From positions 47,456 through 111,455 of the forward strand of contig CALMJU010000083.1 in assembly GCA_937864465.1 (NCBI GenBank): 64,000 bases of DNA. The letters are read 5' to 3'. This document shows, in pieces, positions 29,149 through 38,268 of the stretch; the first letter of the stretch is position 1; every line of letters begins with the position of its first letter. The notes beneath the pieces were generated by a model. It was not told the DNA's origin, did not search any database, and saw only the letters and a program-made list of their open reading frames with translations. Both the position numbers and the translations under genes were made by a program. The DNA is from an uncultured Acidobacteriota bacterium (GTDB lineage Bacteria; Acidobacteriota; Polarisedimenticolia; Polarisedimenticolales; JAIQFR01).

Positions 29149-29589
29149 TCACTCGGACTGGATCCGCACCTTCTTGGGCTTCGCCTCCTCGGCCTTCGGG
29201 AGCGTGATCTCGAGGATCCCGTCCTTGAGCTTCGCGCCGATCTTCGCCGCGTCCACCGTCGTCGGCAGGCTGAAGCTCCGCGTGAACGCCCCGAACTGCC
29301 GCTCGAGACGGAAGGCGTTGCGCTCCTCGATCTCCTCCTCGCGCGTCCTCTGCCCCTGGAGCGTCAGGACGCCGTTCTCCACCCGGACGTCCACGTCCTC
29401 GCTCTTCACTCCCGGGACCTCGGCCCGGAGGACGAGCGACTCTCCGCGCTCGAAGATGTCCACCGGCGGGATCCAGGCCCCGTAGCCCTCCTCCGACCCC
29501 CACCGGGCGGGGGCGTCGGAAAGCAGCCGGTTCACACGCTCCTGGATATTCATCAGGTCTCGAAAGGGGTCCCAGCGTACGATCGCCAT
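29149..29589 (-). CDS. Hsp20/alpha-crystallin small heat-shock protein
   Basis: WDPFRDL N-terminus, alpha-crystallin domain (PPVDIFE, AEVPGV, GVLTLQG, FGAFTRSFSLP, GILEITLPK). AGGAGG lies upstream of ATG 29589. Confidence 0.92.
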   Translation of the reverse strand: MAIVRWDPFRDLMNIQERVNRLLSDAPARWGSEEGYGAWIPPVDIFERGESLVLRAEVPGVKSEDVDVRVENGVLTLQGQRTREEEIEERNAFRLERQFGAFTRSFSLPTTVDAAKIGAKLKDGILEITLPKAEEAKPKKVRIQSE

Positions 29590-29654
29590 GGTCGTTGCCT
29601 CCTGTGTGTCCGTCGCCGCCGGCCCTTCCACGATCCCTTCCGGCGGCGCCGAGG

Positions 29655-29682
29655 AGTTAAGACCGGGCGATCCCGGTGTCAA
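29655..29682 (-). promoter_or_regulatory. putative hsp20 promoter (TTGACA-N16-TTAACT on the minus strand) with a palindromic spacer
   Basis: Plus-strand tgtcaa (29677-29682) and agttaa (29655-29660). The spacer contains CCGGGatcgCCCGG. About 66 nt upstream of ATG 29589. Confidence 0.4.
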
Positions 29683-29700
29683 GCGGCCGCAGGGCCGGCC

Positions 29701-30150
29701 TCACGGCTCGGCGGCCCGCACCGTCAGCACCGGGCACGGGGCCTTCCGGAGAACGCGCTCGGTCGTGGAGCCGAATATGGCGTGCGAGATGAACCCGCGC
29801 CCGTGGGTCGCCATCACCAGGAGCCCCACCCCTCTCTCGGCCGCCAGCGCGGCGATCTCGACGTGCGGCGTGCCATGGAGCACGACGCGCTCGATCTCGA
29901 CGCCCGCCCCCTCGCACGACCGGCCGAAGCGCTCGAGCTCCTCCTGCGCCCGCCGGATCCGCGACTCCAGCACCTCCTCCACCGGATACGCGGTGAACTC
30001 GTCCACGAACGGCGGAAGGCGGTCCTCGACGACATGCAGGAGCACGATCCTCGAGCCGAACCGGCGCGCGATCTCGAGGGCGGGAGGGACGGCCCGCTTC
30101 GAGGTTTCGGAGAAATCGGTCGTGACGACGATGGTCTCGAACGAGTCCAC
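29701..30150 (-). CDS. universal stress protein (UspA family)
   Basis: FETIVVTTDFSETS, LLHVVE, and the ATP-binding-type motif ATHGRGFISHAIFGSTTERVLRKAPCPVL. GTG start at 30150 with a GAGAGGGGG run ending 7 nt upstream. Confidence 0.85.
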   Translation of the reverse strand: MDSFETIVVTTDFSETSKRAVPPALEIARRFGSRIVLLHVVEDRLPPFVDEFTAYPVEEVLESRIRRAQEELERFGRSCEGAGVEIERVVLHGTPHVEIAALAAERGVGLLVMATHGRGFISHAIFGSTTERVLRKAPCPVLTVRAAEP

Positions 30151-30194
30151 GGCGCACCCCCTCTCTCGGCGACGCTCCCGCGGACGGCCGCAGG

Positions 30195-32270
30195 TCACCC
30201 GTACAGCCGCTCGTGATGGAGCGCCACGAGATTGTCCGGAACCGGCCGGTAGTCGAGGGGCTCGAGCGAGAACGAACCCCTCCCCTGCGTCTGGGACCGA
30301 AGCGCGGTCAGGTAGCCGAACATCTCTCCGATCGGCACGACCCCGCGAATCACCACGCTCCCGCGCGCGAAGCGCGTGTCCTCTACGACCGCGCGGCGCT
30401 GGTTGAGCGTCTTCACGACCCCTCCGAGGAAGTCCTCGGGAACGCGGATCTCCAGCCGACCGTACGGCTCGAGGACCTGGGACCCGGCGGACCGGAGCGC
30501 CTCCCGGAACGCCATGCTCGTCGCGGAGTTGAGCGCGATCTCGGGCTGCCCCACGTCGGCGAAGGCGGCGTCGAGGAGGGACACCCGGACCCGGGTCACG
30601 GGATACCCGTAGAGCCCTCCGCCCTCGGCGGCGTTGGCTACCGATTCGAAGATCGCCGGGAGGTACCCCTGCGGGATCGTCCCCTGCCGGAGCCGGTCGA
30701 CGACGTCGACCGGCTTCTCGGAGTCCGCGCGGGGCTCGATCCCGATCTCGACCCGCGCGAACAGGTTCTCCCCCGCGACCTGGCGCCGGTACTCCGCGGT
30801 TCCCGTCGCCGCCTTGCGGGCGGTCTCGCGGTAGGAAACGCGGGGCTTCCCGTACACGGCGTCCACCCCGAAGTCGCGCGCCATCCTCCCCAGCACGACC
30901 TCGAGGTGGAGCTCCCCCATGCCGGAGAGGAGGGTCTGCCCCGTGTCGGGGTCCATCGACGAGCGAAGCGTCGGGTCCTCCCGCTGCATCCTCGCGAGCA
31001 CCTCCGCGAAGCGCTCCCGATCGGAGGTCGTGCGCGGCTCGACGGCGACGGAGACGACGGTGTCGGGGAACCGGATCGGCTCCAGCAGGATCGGATGCGA
31101 CTCGTCGCAGAGGCTGTCCCCGGTCGCGGTGCGGTGGAGACCGGCGACGGCGACGATGTCGCCGGCCTCGATCGTCTCGACCGGCTCGCCCCGCTCCGCG
31201 TGCACGCGCAGGATGCGGCGGAGCCTCTCGCGCTCCCCCGTCCTCGGGTTCAGCGCCCGGTCTCCCGAGCGGAGCCTGCCGGAGTACACGCGCAGGTAGT
31301 GCAGGTCGGCGGCGCCCCCGGCCACGACCTTGAACACGAGCGCCGAGAACGGCTCGTCCGCGCGGGACTCCCTCCTCACCGGGGCGCCGTCTCCCGGCCG
31401 CCTCCCTTCCACGGGCGGAAGGTCGAGCGGCGAGGGGAGGTAGGCGCACACGGCGTCGAGAATCGGCTGGATTCCGACGTTCCGCAGCGCGGCTCCGCAC
31501 AGCACGGGCACGACCCGTCGCGCGACGACGAGATCGCGAATCGCCCTCCGGAGCGCGTCCGCAGGGATCTCCTCTTCCGCGAGCCAGCGCTCCGCGAGGC
31601 CGTCGTGCCTCTCGGCGAGCGCCTCGAGCATCGCGGCGCGCCTGCGCGCCGCCTCGTCCCGGAGCCTCTCCGGGATCGGCCCCACCGTCACGTCGCGCCC
31701 CTGCGTCGCGGGATCGAATGCGAGATGGACCCGGTCGACGAGATCCACCATTCCCGCGAAGGTGTCCGCGGAGCCGTCCGGCCACTGGAGGGGCACCGCG
31801 GGGGCGGCGAGCCGCTCCTGCATCGAGCGGACGCTCCCCTCGAAATCGGCGCCCACCCGGTCCATCTTGTTCACGAACGCGATCCGCGGCACCCCGTAGC
31901 GATCCGCCTGGTGCCACACCGTCTCGGACTGCGGCTCCACCCCCTCCACGCCGTCGAAGATGACGACGGCGCCGTCGAGGACCCGGAGGGCCCTCTCGAC
32001 CTCGGCCGTGAAATCGACGTGGCCCGGCGTGTCGATCAGGTTGATCCGGTGGTCCTTCCACGCGAACGTCGTCGCGGCGTCCGAGATCGTGATCCCGCGG
32101 TCCCGCTCGTCCACGCGGAAGTCCATGACGGCCTCCCCGTCGTGGACCTCGCCGATCCTGTGGCTCCTCCCGGTGTAGAAGAGGAAGCGCTCGGTGGTCG
32201 TGGTCTTGCCGGCGTCGATGTGAGCGACGATGCCGATGTTGCGGATGCGCTCGGCCGGTATCGAAGCCAT
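30195..32270 (-). CDS. elongation factor G paralog (EF-G2-like translational GTPase)
   Basis: G1 [10 protein letters not shown]2 RGITI, G3 DTPGH, G4 NKMD, and five-domain EF-G length (691 aa). The domain IV tip motif is divergent (see findings). Not in an rpsL-rpsG-fusA-tuf context. Confidence 0.88.
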   Translation of the reverse strand: MASIPAERIRNIGIVAHIDAGKTTTTERFLFYTGRSHRIGEVHDGEAVMDFRVDERDRGITISDAATTFAWKDHRINLIDTPGHVDFTAEVERALRVLDGAVVIFDGVEGVEPQSETVWHQADRYGVPRIAFVNKMDRVGADFEGSVRSMQERLAAPAVPLQWPDGSADTFAGMVDLVDRVHLAFDPATQGRDVTVGPIPERLRDEAARRRAAMLEALAERHDGLAERWLAEEEIPADALRRAIRDLVVARRVVPVLCGAALRNVGIQPILDAVCAYLPSPLDLPPVEGRRPGDGAPVRRESRADEPFSALVFKVVAGGAADLHYLRVYSGRLRSGDRALNPRTGERERLRRILRVHAERGEPVETIEAGDIVAVAGLHRTATGDSLCDESHPILLEPIRFPDTVVSVAVEPRTTSDRERFAEVLARMQREDPTLRSSMDPDTGQTLLSGMGELHLEVVLGRMARDFGVDAVYGKPRVSYRETARKAATGTAEYRRQVAGENLFARVEIGIEPRADSEKPVDVVDRLRQGTIPQGYLPAIFESVANAAEGGGLYGYPVTRVRVSLLDAAFADVGQPEIALNSATSMAFREALRSAGSQVLEPYGRLEIRVPEDFLGGVVKTLNQRRAVVEDTRFARGSVVIRGVVPIGEMFGYLTALRSQTQGRGSFSLEPLDYRPVPDNLVALHHERLYG

Positions 32271-32319
32271 GGGGCGCCCTGCCGCCTCCGCCTGGGGCGC
32301 CGCCGCCGCGGCGCCCCGG

Positions 32320-34026
32320 TCACATCACGTACCCGCCTCGATCGTCCTCGGGCCCCGCCGCGCCGTCGTCCTCCTCCGGCTCCCGGGCCTGCCGGGCCCT
32401 CTCGTCCTCGATCGCCCGCAGGATCTCCTCCTCCTCCGGGATCCGGACGTTGTGGATCGCCCCGAGCAGCAGGAGCCCCTGGCCCACCATCGCCGGGTCC
32501 TCCTCGAGCCAGTCCCGGAGCGGATCGATCAGCTCCTCCGTGCCGAAAAGGCTGACCCACTCCGTCGTGGTGCCCGGCCCGATCTCCTCCATGAACCAAT
32601 GGAGGTGCGCCGTCACGGCATCGTACGCGCTCCGGGTCCCCAGGTCGCAGAGGAGGACCAGGAGGCTGTGCGCCGCATCGGGGTCCACGGCGTCCGCCTC
32701 GATCTTCGCGCGCGTCGGGGCCACGATCGCGTCGCCGAGCATCGAGAGGGCCCGCTCGGCGGCGCCGTAGATGTAGGAGTTCTCGTCCGAGAGGTACTCC
32801 ATGATCTCGGGGATGAAGTGCACCGAGCGCAGATCGCCGAGCGTCTCGAGCGCCACGACCTTCGGGAAGAACGGCCCCTGGGCCTCGAGCATCCGGAGGC
32901 ACCAGTCCTGCGCCCTTCCGCCGCGCTCCTCGTCGTCGCGGCACAGCACGGCGATCGCCCTCGGGAGCTCCGGCAGGACGAACGCCGTCTCGACCTCCGC
33001 CAGGCGAAGGAGCTCGTCGAGGTCCCCCCGCGCCCTCGTGAGGGCGAGCGCGACGTTGCGGTATCGGGCCACGGCGAAGGCGGCCGAGAGCTGGAAGCCG
33101 ACCACCCACTGCTGGAACTGGTGGCCGAGCCGCCCGACGTCGTCGAGCATCGACTGCCCCGCGAACGCCCCGACCGCCGCCTCGATCCTCGCCGGGAGGT
33201 CGTCGGCCGGGTCCCTCGGGATCCTGGCGACGGCGCCCCTAGTCCACTCCGAGATCGCCCGCACGATGTCGCCGAGGTCGCCCGCTCGGAAGCGCTGGGC
33301 GATCTGCCGGATCGTCCCTTCGCCCATCGCGGCGAGGATGTCGCAGTCGTACCCCGACTCGACCGCCTTGATCGTCTTCCGCAGCTCGATCCGCCCCGAG
33401 GGTCCGGTCCGGAAGCACCAGCCGGCGTCGTCGATCTGCAAGCTCTCGAGGAGCGTGCGGAAACCTTCCCCGGCCCGGTGCGCCCCACGCCACTGGAGGG
33501 CGGTGAGGAACCGGGACAGCACGCCCGGGATCTCCTCCGCCGAGGCGATCTCGAGAGCTCCCCGCAGCGCGGAGGGCTCGGCGAGGAGCTCCACCTTCTT
33601 CTGGAGGAACTCCCGGACGAGCTCCCTCGCGTCCGGGCTTCCCAGGTCCGCCAGCGCCTCGACGATGAGGCCGAGCGCGGGCTCCGTGAGGTCTCCCCTC
33701 TGGAGCGCCGAGGCGCCCAGGTCGACCGTGCTCGGGTACCCGAGCTTGCAGAGGGCCTGGAGGCAGTAGGCCGGCGTGAGCCCCCGGAGGAGCCGGAAGC
33801 CCCGGAGCAGCACCGAGTAGTGCTTCGGGCTCCCGTGCTCTCCGAGGTGGCGCGCGACCATCGAGGGGGTGGCCTCGTGATCGTCGAGCACGAAGCCCTG
33901 GATCGTATCCGGGCACTCCTCCGGGAAGTGGCGGATCAGACGATCGATGGCCCAGTACCGGACCTCGGGGTCCTCGTACTTCGTGTACCGGGCCAGCTCG
34001 TCGAAGCTCCAGATCCGATCGGACAT
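32320..34026 (-). CDS. hypothetical protein, HEAT/ARM-like helical repeats
   Basis: 568 aa from ATG 34026 ([11 protein letters not shown]). All-helical composition, HEAT-like [14 protein letters not shown], acidic C-terminal tail. The upstream 290 aa of the track ORF are shadow. Confidence 0.65.
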   Translation of the reverse strand: MSDRIWSFDELARYTKYEDPEVRYWAIDRLIRHFPEECPDTIQGFVLDDHEATPSMVARHLGEHGSPKHYSVLLRGFRLLRGLTPAYCLQALCKLGYPSTVDLGASALQRGDLTEPALGLIVEALADLGSPDARELVREFLQKKVELLAEPSALRGALEIASAEEIPGVLSRFLTALQWRGAHRAGEGFRTLLESLQIDDAGWCFRTGPSGRIELRKTIKAVESGYDCDILAAMGEGTIRQIAQRFRAGDLGDIVRAISEWTRGAVARIPRDPADDLPARIEAAVGAFAGQSMLDDVGRLGHQFQQWVVGFQLSAAFAVARYRNVALALTRARGDLDELLRLAEVETAFVLPELPRAIAVLCRDDEERGGRAQDWCLRMLEAQGPFFPKVVALETLGDLRSVHFIPEIMEYLSDENSYIYGAAERALSMLGDAIVAPTRAKIEADAVDPDAAHSLLVLLCDLGTRSAYDAVTAHLHWFMEEIGPGTTTEWVSLFGTEELIDPLRDWLEEDPAMVGQGLLLLGAIHNVRIPEEEEILRAIEDERARQAREPEEDDGAAGPEDDRGGYVM

Positions 34027-34066
34027 CGACACCCGCTCCTGCCCCGCCCCTGCGAGGCGACCCCGG

Positions 34067-34075
34067 ATTCTACCA
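34067..34075 (-). promoter_or_regulatory. putative extended -10 element (TGgTAGAAT on the minus strand) for the HEAT-like gene
   Basis: Plus-strand attctacca (34067-34075), about 40 nt upstream of ATG 34026. Confidence 0.3.
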
Positions 34076-34281
34076 TCCGCGCCGCATCCGTCCCGGCGCC
34101 GCGCCTCGCGCGCCGCCCGGGCGGAAACAGGACCAAGCTCGTCCGCGATCCCGCGGGGCGGGTCCGGGTCCGTTCCGCGGCCGCTCCACTCGACGCCGCG
34201 CGGCGGATGGCGTAATCTTCTCGCCGGCGCGGGGCCGCGGCGCGGGAGCGCGGCGCGCTCGGAAGGTGGAGATCGCAAGGC

Positions 34282-34806
34282 ATGGAGACGGGGAGCGCCC
34301 GCTTGCGTTACGAGATGACCGGCGTGCGCCAGGGGTGGCTCGTCGTCGAGCACGAGATCCGCTCCATGGCCAAGCGCGCGTATTTCTCCGCCGGCCCTGC
34401 GTCTCCCGTCGAGGAGTACCGCGAGGGCCGGGACGTCTGGACGCCCGCGGAGGTGGCCCAGTCGTTCCGCTTCGACCTCCGCGACCACGAGACAGGCGAG
34501 ACGATCCCCTTCGACGAGCTTCTCGGGCTCGCGTTCTGGGGGAGCTGCCCGCGGTCGAGCACGATCTGGGAGCTCGGCGACGCCGCGCAGGAGCATCGGA
34601 TCTCCGTCTACGTCGCCGTGACCTTCGGAGGGGGCGAGGGCCCGGGCCTCGCTCCGGCGAAGCTGCGGGCGCTGAACCGCTACTTCAACGAGCGCCTCCG
34701 CGACCCCGGCAAGAGGATCCTGATCCTGCCGGACCTTTTCGGCCTGTACCGGGAGTTCTCGCACGGGCACATCATGGTGGACCTCGGCCTGACGGCGATG
34801 CAGTGA
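34282..34806 (+). CDS. hypothetical protein
   Basis: 174-aa ORF with high-GC3 codon usage, lying 28 nt upstream of the DRTGG gene. No family recognised. Confidence 0.5.
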   Translation: METGSARLRYEMTGVRQGWLVVEHEIRSMAKRAYFSAGPASPVEEYREGRDVWTPAEVAQSFRFDLRDHETGETIPFDELLGLAFWGSCPRSSTIWELGDAAQEHRISVYVAVTFGGGEGPGLAPAKLRALNRYFNERLRDPGKRILILPDLFGLYREFSHGHIMVDLGLTAMQ

Positions 34807-34834
34807 GGCGGGGGCAGAGGAGGACAGCGCGCCG

Positions 34835-35164
34835 ATGACGATCAAGGAGATCGCGGAGAAGCTCGGGCTGCAGCCGTTGACGGCGCTCTCGGAGCGGACG
34901 GTCACAGGCGTCTACATCTCGGACATGGTCAGCGACGTCATCGCCAACGCCAAGGCCGGCAACGTCCTCGTCACGGTCCAGGTCCACAACAACGTGATCG
35001 CGGCGGCGAACCTCGTGGACGTCGCGGCGATCGTGGTGACGCGGGGGCGGAAGCCTGCCGACGACACGCTGCAGCTCGCGGAGAAGGCCGGGATCCCGGT
35101 TCTCTTCACCGAGCTGAACAGCTGGCAGATCGCGAGCCACCTCTACGAAGCCGGACTCCGCTGA
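34835..35164 (+). CDS. DRTGG domain protein
   Basis: 109 aa. MTIKEIAEKLGL, VTGVYISDMVSDVIANAKAGNVLVT and AAIVVTRGRKPADDTLQLAEKAGIPVL follow the pattern of the small DRTGG proteins I recall from [FeFe]-hydrogenase gene clusters. Confidence 0.8.
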   Translation: MTIKEIAEKLGLQPLTALSERTVTGVYISDMVSDVIANAKAGNVLVTVQVHNNVIAAANLVDVAAIVVTRGRKPADDTLQLAEKAGIPVLFTELNSWQIASHLYEAGLR

Positions 35165-35179
35165 CGCGGGCTTCGAGGC

Positions 35180-35551
35180 GTGGACGCCGGATTCCCCGTG
35201 CGGCTCTCCGAGATCCGCGACCTTCTCGAGTGCGACGTGCTCTGCGGGGAGGACCGCCTCGATCTCGAGATCGAGGAGTGCTTCGCGGCGGATCTCATGA
35301 GCGACGTCCTGGCCTACTGCCGGCCGAACGCCCTGCTCCTCACGGGCCTGACCGGGGTGCAGTCGGTGCACACGGCGGACGTGGCCGAGCTCGCCGCCGT
35401 CGTGTACGTGAACCGGAAGCGGCCGGCCGGGCACATCCTGGATATCGCGAGAGAGAAGGAGATCCCGCTCCTCTCGACGCCGCGCACCCTCTACGAGGCG
35501 TGCGGGATCCTCCGAGCGAGCGGGTTCGCCGGGGGATCGAGGACCCGATGA
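35180..35551 (+). CDS. DRTGG domain protein (second copy)
   Basis: 123 aa, GTG start. AADLMSDVLAY, ALLLTGLTG and REKEIPLLST give the same fold pattern as the preceding gene. Confidence 0.7.
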   Translation: MDAGFPVRLSEIRDLLECDVLCGEDRLDLEIEECFAADLMSDVLAYCRPNALLLTGLTGVQSVHTADVAELAAVVYVNRKRPAGHILDIAREKEIPLLSTPRTLYEACGILRASGFAGGSRTR

Positions 35552-36018
35552 CGCAGGAGCGGCCCCGAGAGGACGACGTCGCCGGGGCGCCCGCCGACGT
35601 CCTCTACCGGGAAGCCTTCCGGATCTCCGGGGGCGACTACGAGCACGGGGGAGAGGTGGCGGCCCGAGTGAAGGCGATCCTCAAGGAGCTGGGGATCGAC
35701 CCGGCCTGCTCCCGGAGGCTCAGCATCGCGAACTTCGAGGCCGAGATGAACGTGATCATGTACGCGGAGAGCGCCGACCTCGTCCTCGAGGTCGCCGGGG
35801 ACGAGGTCCGCGTCACGGTCGCGGACCGCGGGCCCGGGATCCCGGACATCGGCCTGGCGATGCAGGAGGGGTACTCGACCGCCACCGCGGAGATGCGGGC
35901 GCGCGGCTTCGGCGCCGGCATGGGCCTGCCGAACATGAAGCGCAACACGGACCGGTTCGAGATCGAGTCGGTCGTCGGCGGCGGGACCACGCTCCGGTAC
36001 GCGGTCCGGATCGCCTGA
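35548..36018 (+). CDS. GHKL-type ATPase (anti-sigma-factor/Ser-kinase-like HATPase_c protein)
   Basis: N-box EAEMNVIMYA, G1 DRGPGI, G2 GFGAGMGLPN. 156 aa, no DHp or sensor domain. ATGA overlap with the upstream stop. Confidence 0.8.
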   Translation: MTQERPREDDVAGAPADVLYREAFRISGGDYEHGGEVAARVKAILKELGIDPACSRRLSIANFEAEMNVIMYAESADLVLEVAGDEVRVTVADRGPGIPDIGLAMQEGYSTATAEMRARGFGAGMGLPNMKRNTDRFEIESVVGGGTTLRYAVRIA

Positions 36019-36027
36019 GAGCGGGCG

Positions 36028-37386
36028 ATGAGCGAGATCCGGCACTCGATCCTGTTCGACGAGAAGCGGTGCATCGCCTGCGTCGCCTGCACGAAAGCCT
36101 GCCCCAGCCGCGCGATCCGCGTGCGCGGCGGCCGCGTGCAGGTGAACGCGGATCTCTGCATCGACTGCGGGGAGTGCATCCGCGCGTGCCCGCACGACGC
36201 CATGAGCGTGAGGACGTCCTCTCCGTCCGACCTGAAGCGGTTCCGCCACACCGTGGCGATCCCCTCGACGACGCTGTACACGCAGTTCGGCGGGGACGTC
36301 CGTCCCTCCCATCTCCTCCACGCGCTGACGCGGATCGGATTCGACTCCTTCTACGACATGTCGTGGATGTGCGAGATGGTGGGCCAGGCCCTCGACGCCT
36401 ACCTCTCGGAGTGCCAGGACCCCTGGCCGAAGATCTCGGTCACCTGCCCCGCCGTGATCCGGCTGATCCAGATCCGGTATCCGGACCTGCTCCCGCACCT
36501 GGCGCCGATCGAGTCGCCGAGGGAGCTGACCGCGAAGCTCATCCGGAGGCGGGTGGCCCAGGAGAGGGGCCTCCCGCCCGAGGAGATCGGCATCTTCTAC
36601 GTCACGCCGTGCTCGGCGATCATGCACTCGATCATCTACCCCGTGGGGCTCGAAGAGTCGTACCTCGACGGCGCCTTCTCCGTCGCCGAGGTCTACGGGC
36701 CTCTGCGCATGGCGATGGAGGAGATGGGAGAGGCCTCCTCGTCCTCCGCCACCGGGTTCAGCCCGAGAGGGCTCGGCTGGGCGGCGGCGGGGGGAGAGAG
36801 CGCCATGATGCGCAACGCGAACACGCTGACCGTCAACGGGGTCGCGGAGATCACGCACGTCTTCGACCGGATCGAGGCGGGGAAGTTCCGGAGCGTCGAC
36901 TACATCGAGGCGTACATCTGCCCGGAGGGCTGCGTGAGCGGCCCTCTCCTCGTCGAGGGCTGGTGGAGGGCGAAGCGGAACCTGCGGGAGGTGATCTCTC
37001 GGCTGGGGCGCCAGGCCTCGATCCAGGAGGAGAAGACGCGCAAGCTCTTCCGGGAGCACTTCTTCGACCTCGAGGAGGAGGTCAAGGCCAGGGCGCTGCG
37101 TCCGATCGCCCGGGATCTCAAGCAGGCGATCCTCCGGAAGCGGGAGAAGGAGGGGCTCCTCGCGCTGCTCCCCGGGAAGAACTGCGCCGCGTGCGGGGCG
37201 CCGGACTGCGCCACCCTCGCGGAGGACATCCTGGAGGGGGACGCGGTCCCGGAGGACTGCGTGTTCGTGAAGCTCGATCGGCTCGCCGGCCCGTCCTCCG
37301 CCCGCGGCGGGAAGGCATCCAACGACTCCCGGGCGAAGGAGCGCCCCGGCCCGCCCGGCGCGGCGGGCCCGGAGAGGGACACATGA
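36028..37386 (+). CDS. [FeFe]-hydrogenase-domain protein, HydS-like putative sensor (2x[4Fe-4S] ferredoxin + H-domain + C-terminal Fe-S domain)
   Basis: CIACVACTKACP and CIDCGECIRACP ferredoxin motifs. H-domain motifs SVTCPAV (L1), VTPCSAIM (L2) and EAYICPEGCVSGP (L3). C-terminal CAACGAPDC...C Fe-S motif. Confidence 0.85.
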   Translation: MSEIRHSILFDEKRCIACVACTKACPSRAIRVRGGRVQVNADLCIDCGECIRACPHDAMSVRTSSPSDLKRFRHTVAIPSTTLYTQFGGDVRPSHLLHALTRIGFDSFYDMSWMCEMVGQALDAYLSECQDPWPKISVTCPAVIRLIQIRYPDLLPHLAPIESPRELTAKLIRRRVAQERGLPPEEIGIFYVTPCSAIMHSIIYPVGLEESYLDGAFSVAEVYGPLRMAMEEMGEASSSSATGFSPRGLGWAAAGGESAMMRNANTLTVNGVAEITHVFDRIEAGKFRSVDYIEAYICPEGCVSGPLLVEGWWRAKRNLREVISRLGRQASIQEEKTRKLFREHFFDLEEEVKARALRPIARDLKQAILRKREKEGLLALLPGKNCAACGAPDCATLAEDILEGDAVPEDCVFVKLDRLAGPSSARGGKASNDSRAKERPGPPGAAGPERDT

Positions 37387-37784
37387 GCAAGAACATGCTG
37401 GTGATGGAGGTGACCTGTCCGAACTGCGGCGACCTCCTCACGGAGGGGCGGAGGGTCCATCTCGAGGCGTACATCAAGGACACGAACCAGGACGGCAAGA
37501 TCTTTCTGAGCGCGATCTTCGGCGACGACTCGATCGAGACCGACATCGAGGTCCCGGACGGGTCGGTTGCGGAGTTCCGCTGCCCGACGTGCGACGTGAG
37601 CCTGATGCTCAACACCCCGTGCAAGCTGTGCGGGGCGACGATGGCGTCCCTCAACCTCGCGACGGGCGGGTACCTGGAGTTCTGCTCCCGGCGAGGATGC
37701 AGGGGGCACGCGCTCGGAGGATTCGGCGACATCGACCAGATGATCGGCCTCGTCAACCGGATGATGAAGACGCCTCACGACTGA
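37383..37784 (+). CDS. hypothetical zinc-ribbon protein (CPNC / CPTC / CKLC / CxxxGCxxH)
   Basis: 133 aa. ATGA overlap with the HydS-like gene stop. Four Cys pairs suggest two zinc ribbons. No family recognised. Confidence 0.65.
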   Translation: MSKNMLVMEVTCPNCGDLLTEGRRVHLEAYIKDTNQDGKIFLSAIFGDDSIETDIEVPDGSVAEFRCPTCDVSLMLNTPCKLCGATMASLNLATGGYLEFCSRRGCRGHALGGFGDIDQMIGLVNRMMKTPHD

Positions 37785-37797
37785 GCGGGAGCTGCCC

Positions 37798-38268
37798 ATG
37801 GACCCGACCCGACCGTACGACTTCAAGCACCTGCACTACGTCGGCCAGGAGGGGCGGCTGATTCCCCTCCTCCAGCAGGCCCAGGCCGAGGACGGCTACC
37901 TGACGCGGGAGAGGCTCCTCCGGATCGGGGACGAGACCGGGATCCCCCTGACCCAGATCTACGGCGTCGCCACCTTCTACGCGCAGTTCCGGTTCAAGCC
38001 GGTCGGCAAGAACCTGCTCCGGGTCTGCCACGGGACGGCATGCCACGTGAGCGGGGCCAAGGAGCTCACCGAAGAGATCGAGGGCCAGCTCGGGGTGGCG
38101 AACGGGGAGACGACGCAGGACGGCCTCTTCACGATGGAGACCGTGTCCTGCCTCGGCTGCTGCAGCCTCGCCCCCGTGATCATGATCAACGAGACCACGC
38201 ACGGGAACCTGACCCCGGCCGGGGTCAAGAAGGTCCTCAGGAAATACCGGGACGGGGAGAAGAAATGA
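37798..38268 (+). CDS. NuoE/HydC-like [2Fe-2S] thioredoxin-fold subunit
   Basis: VCHGTACHVSG and SCLGCCSLAPV cluster ligands, plus the YGVATFYAQF motif. 156 aa. Confidence 0.9.
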   Translation: MDPTRPYDFKHLHYVGQEGRLIPLLQQAQAEDGYLTRERLLRIGDETGIPLTQIYGVATFYAQFRFKPVGKNLLRVCHGTACHVSGAKELTEEIEGQLGVANGETTQDGLFTMETVSCLGCCSLAPVIMINETTHGNLTPAGVKKVLRKYRDGEKK

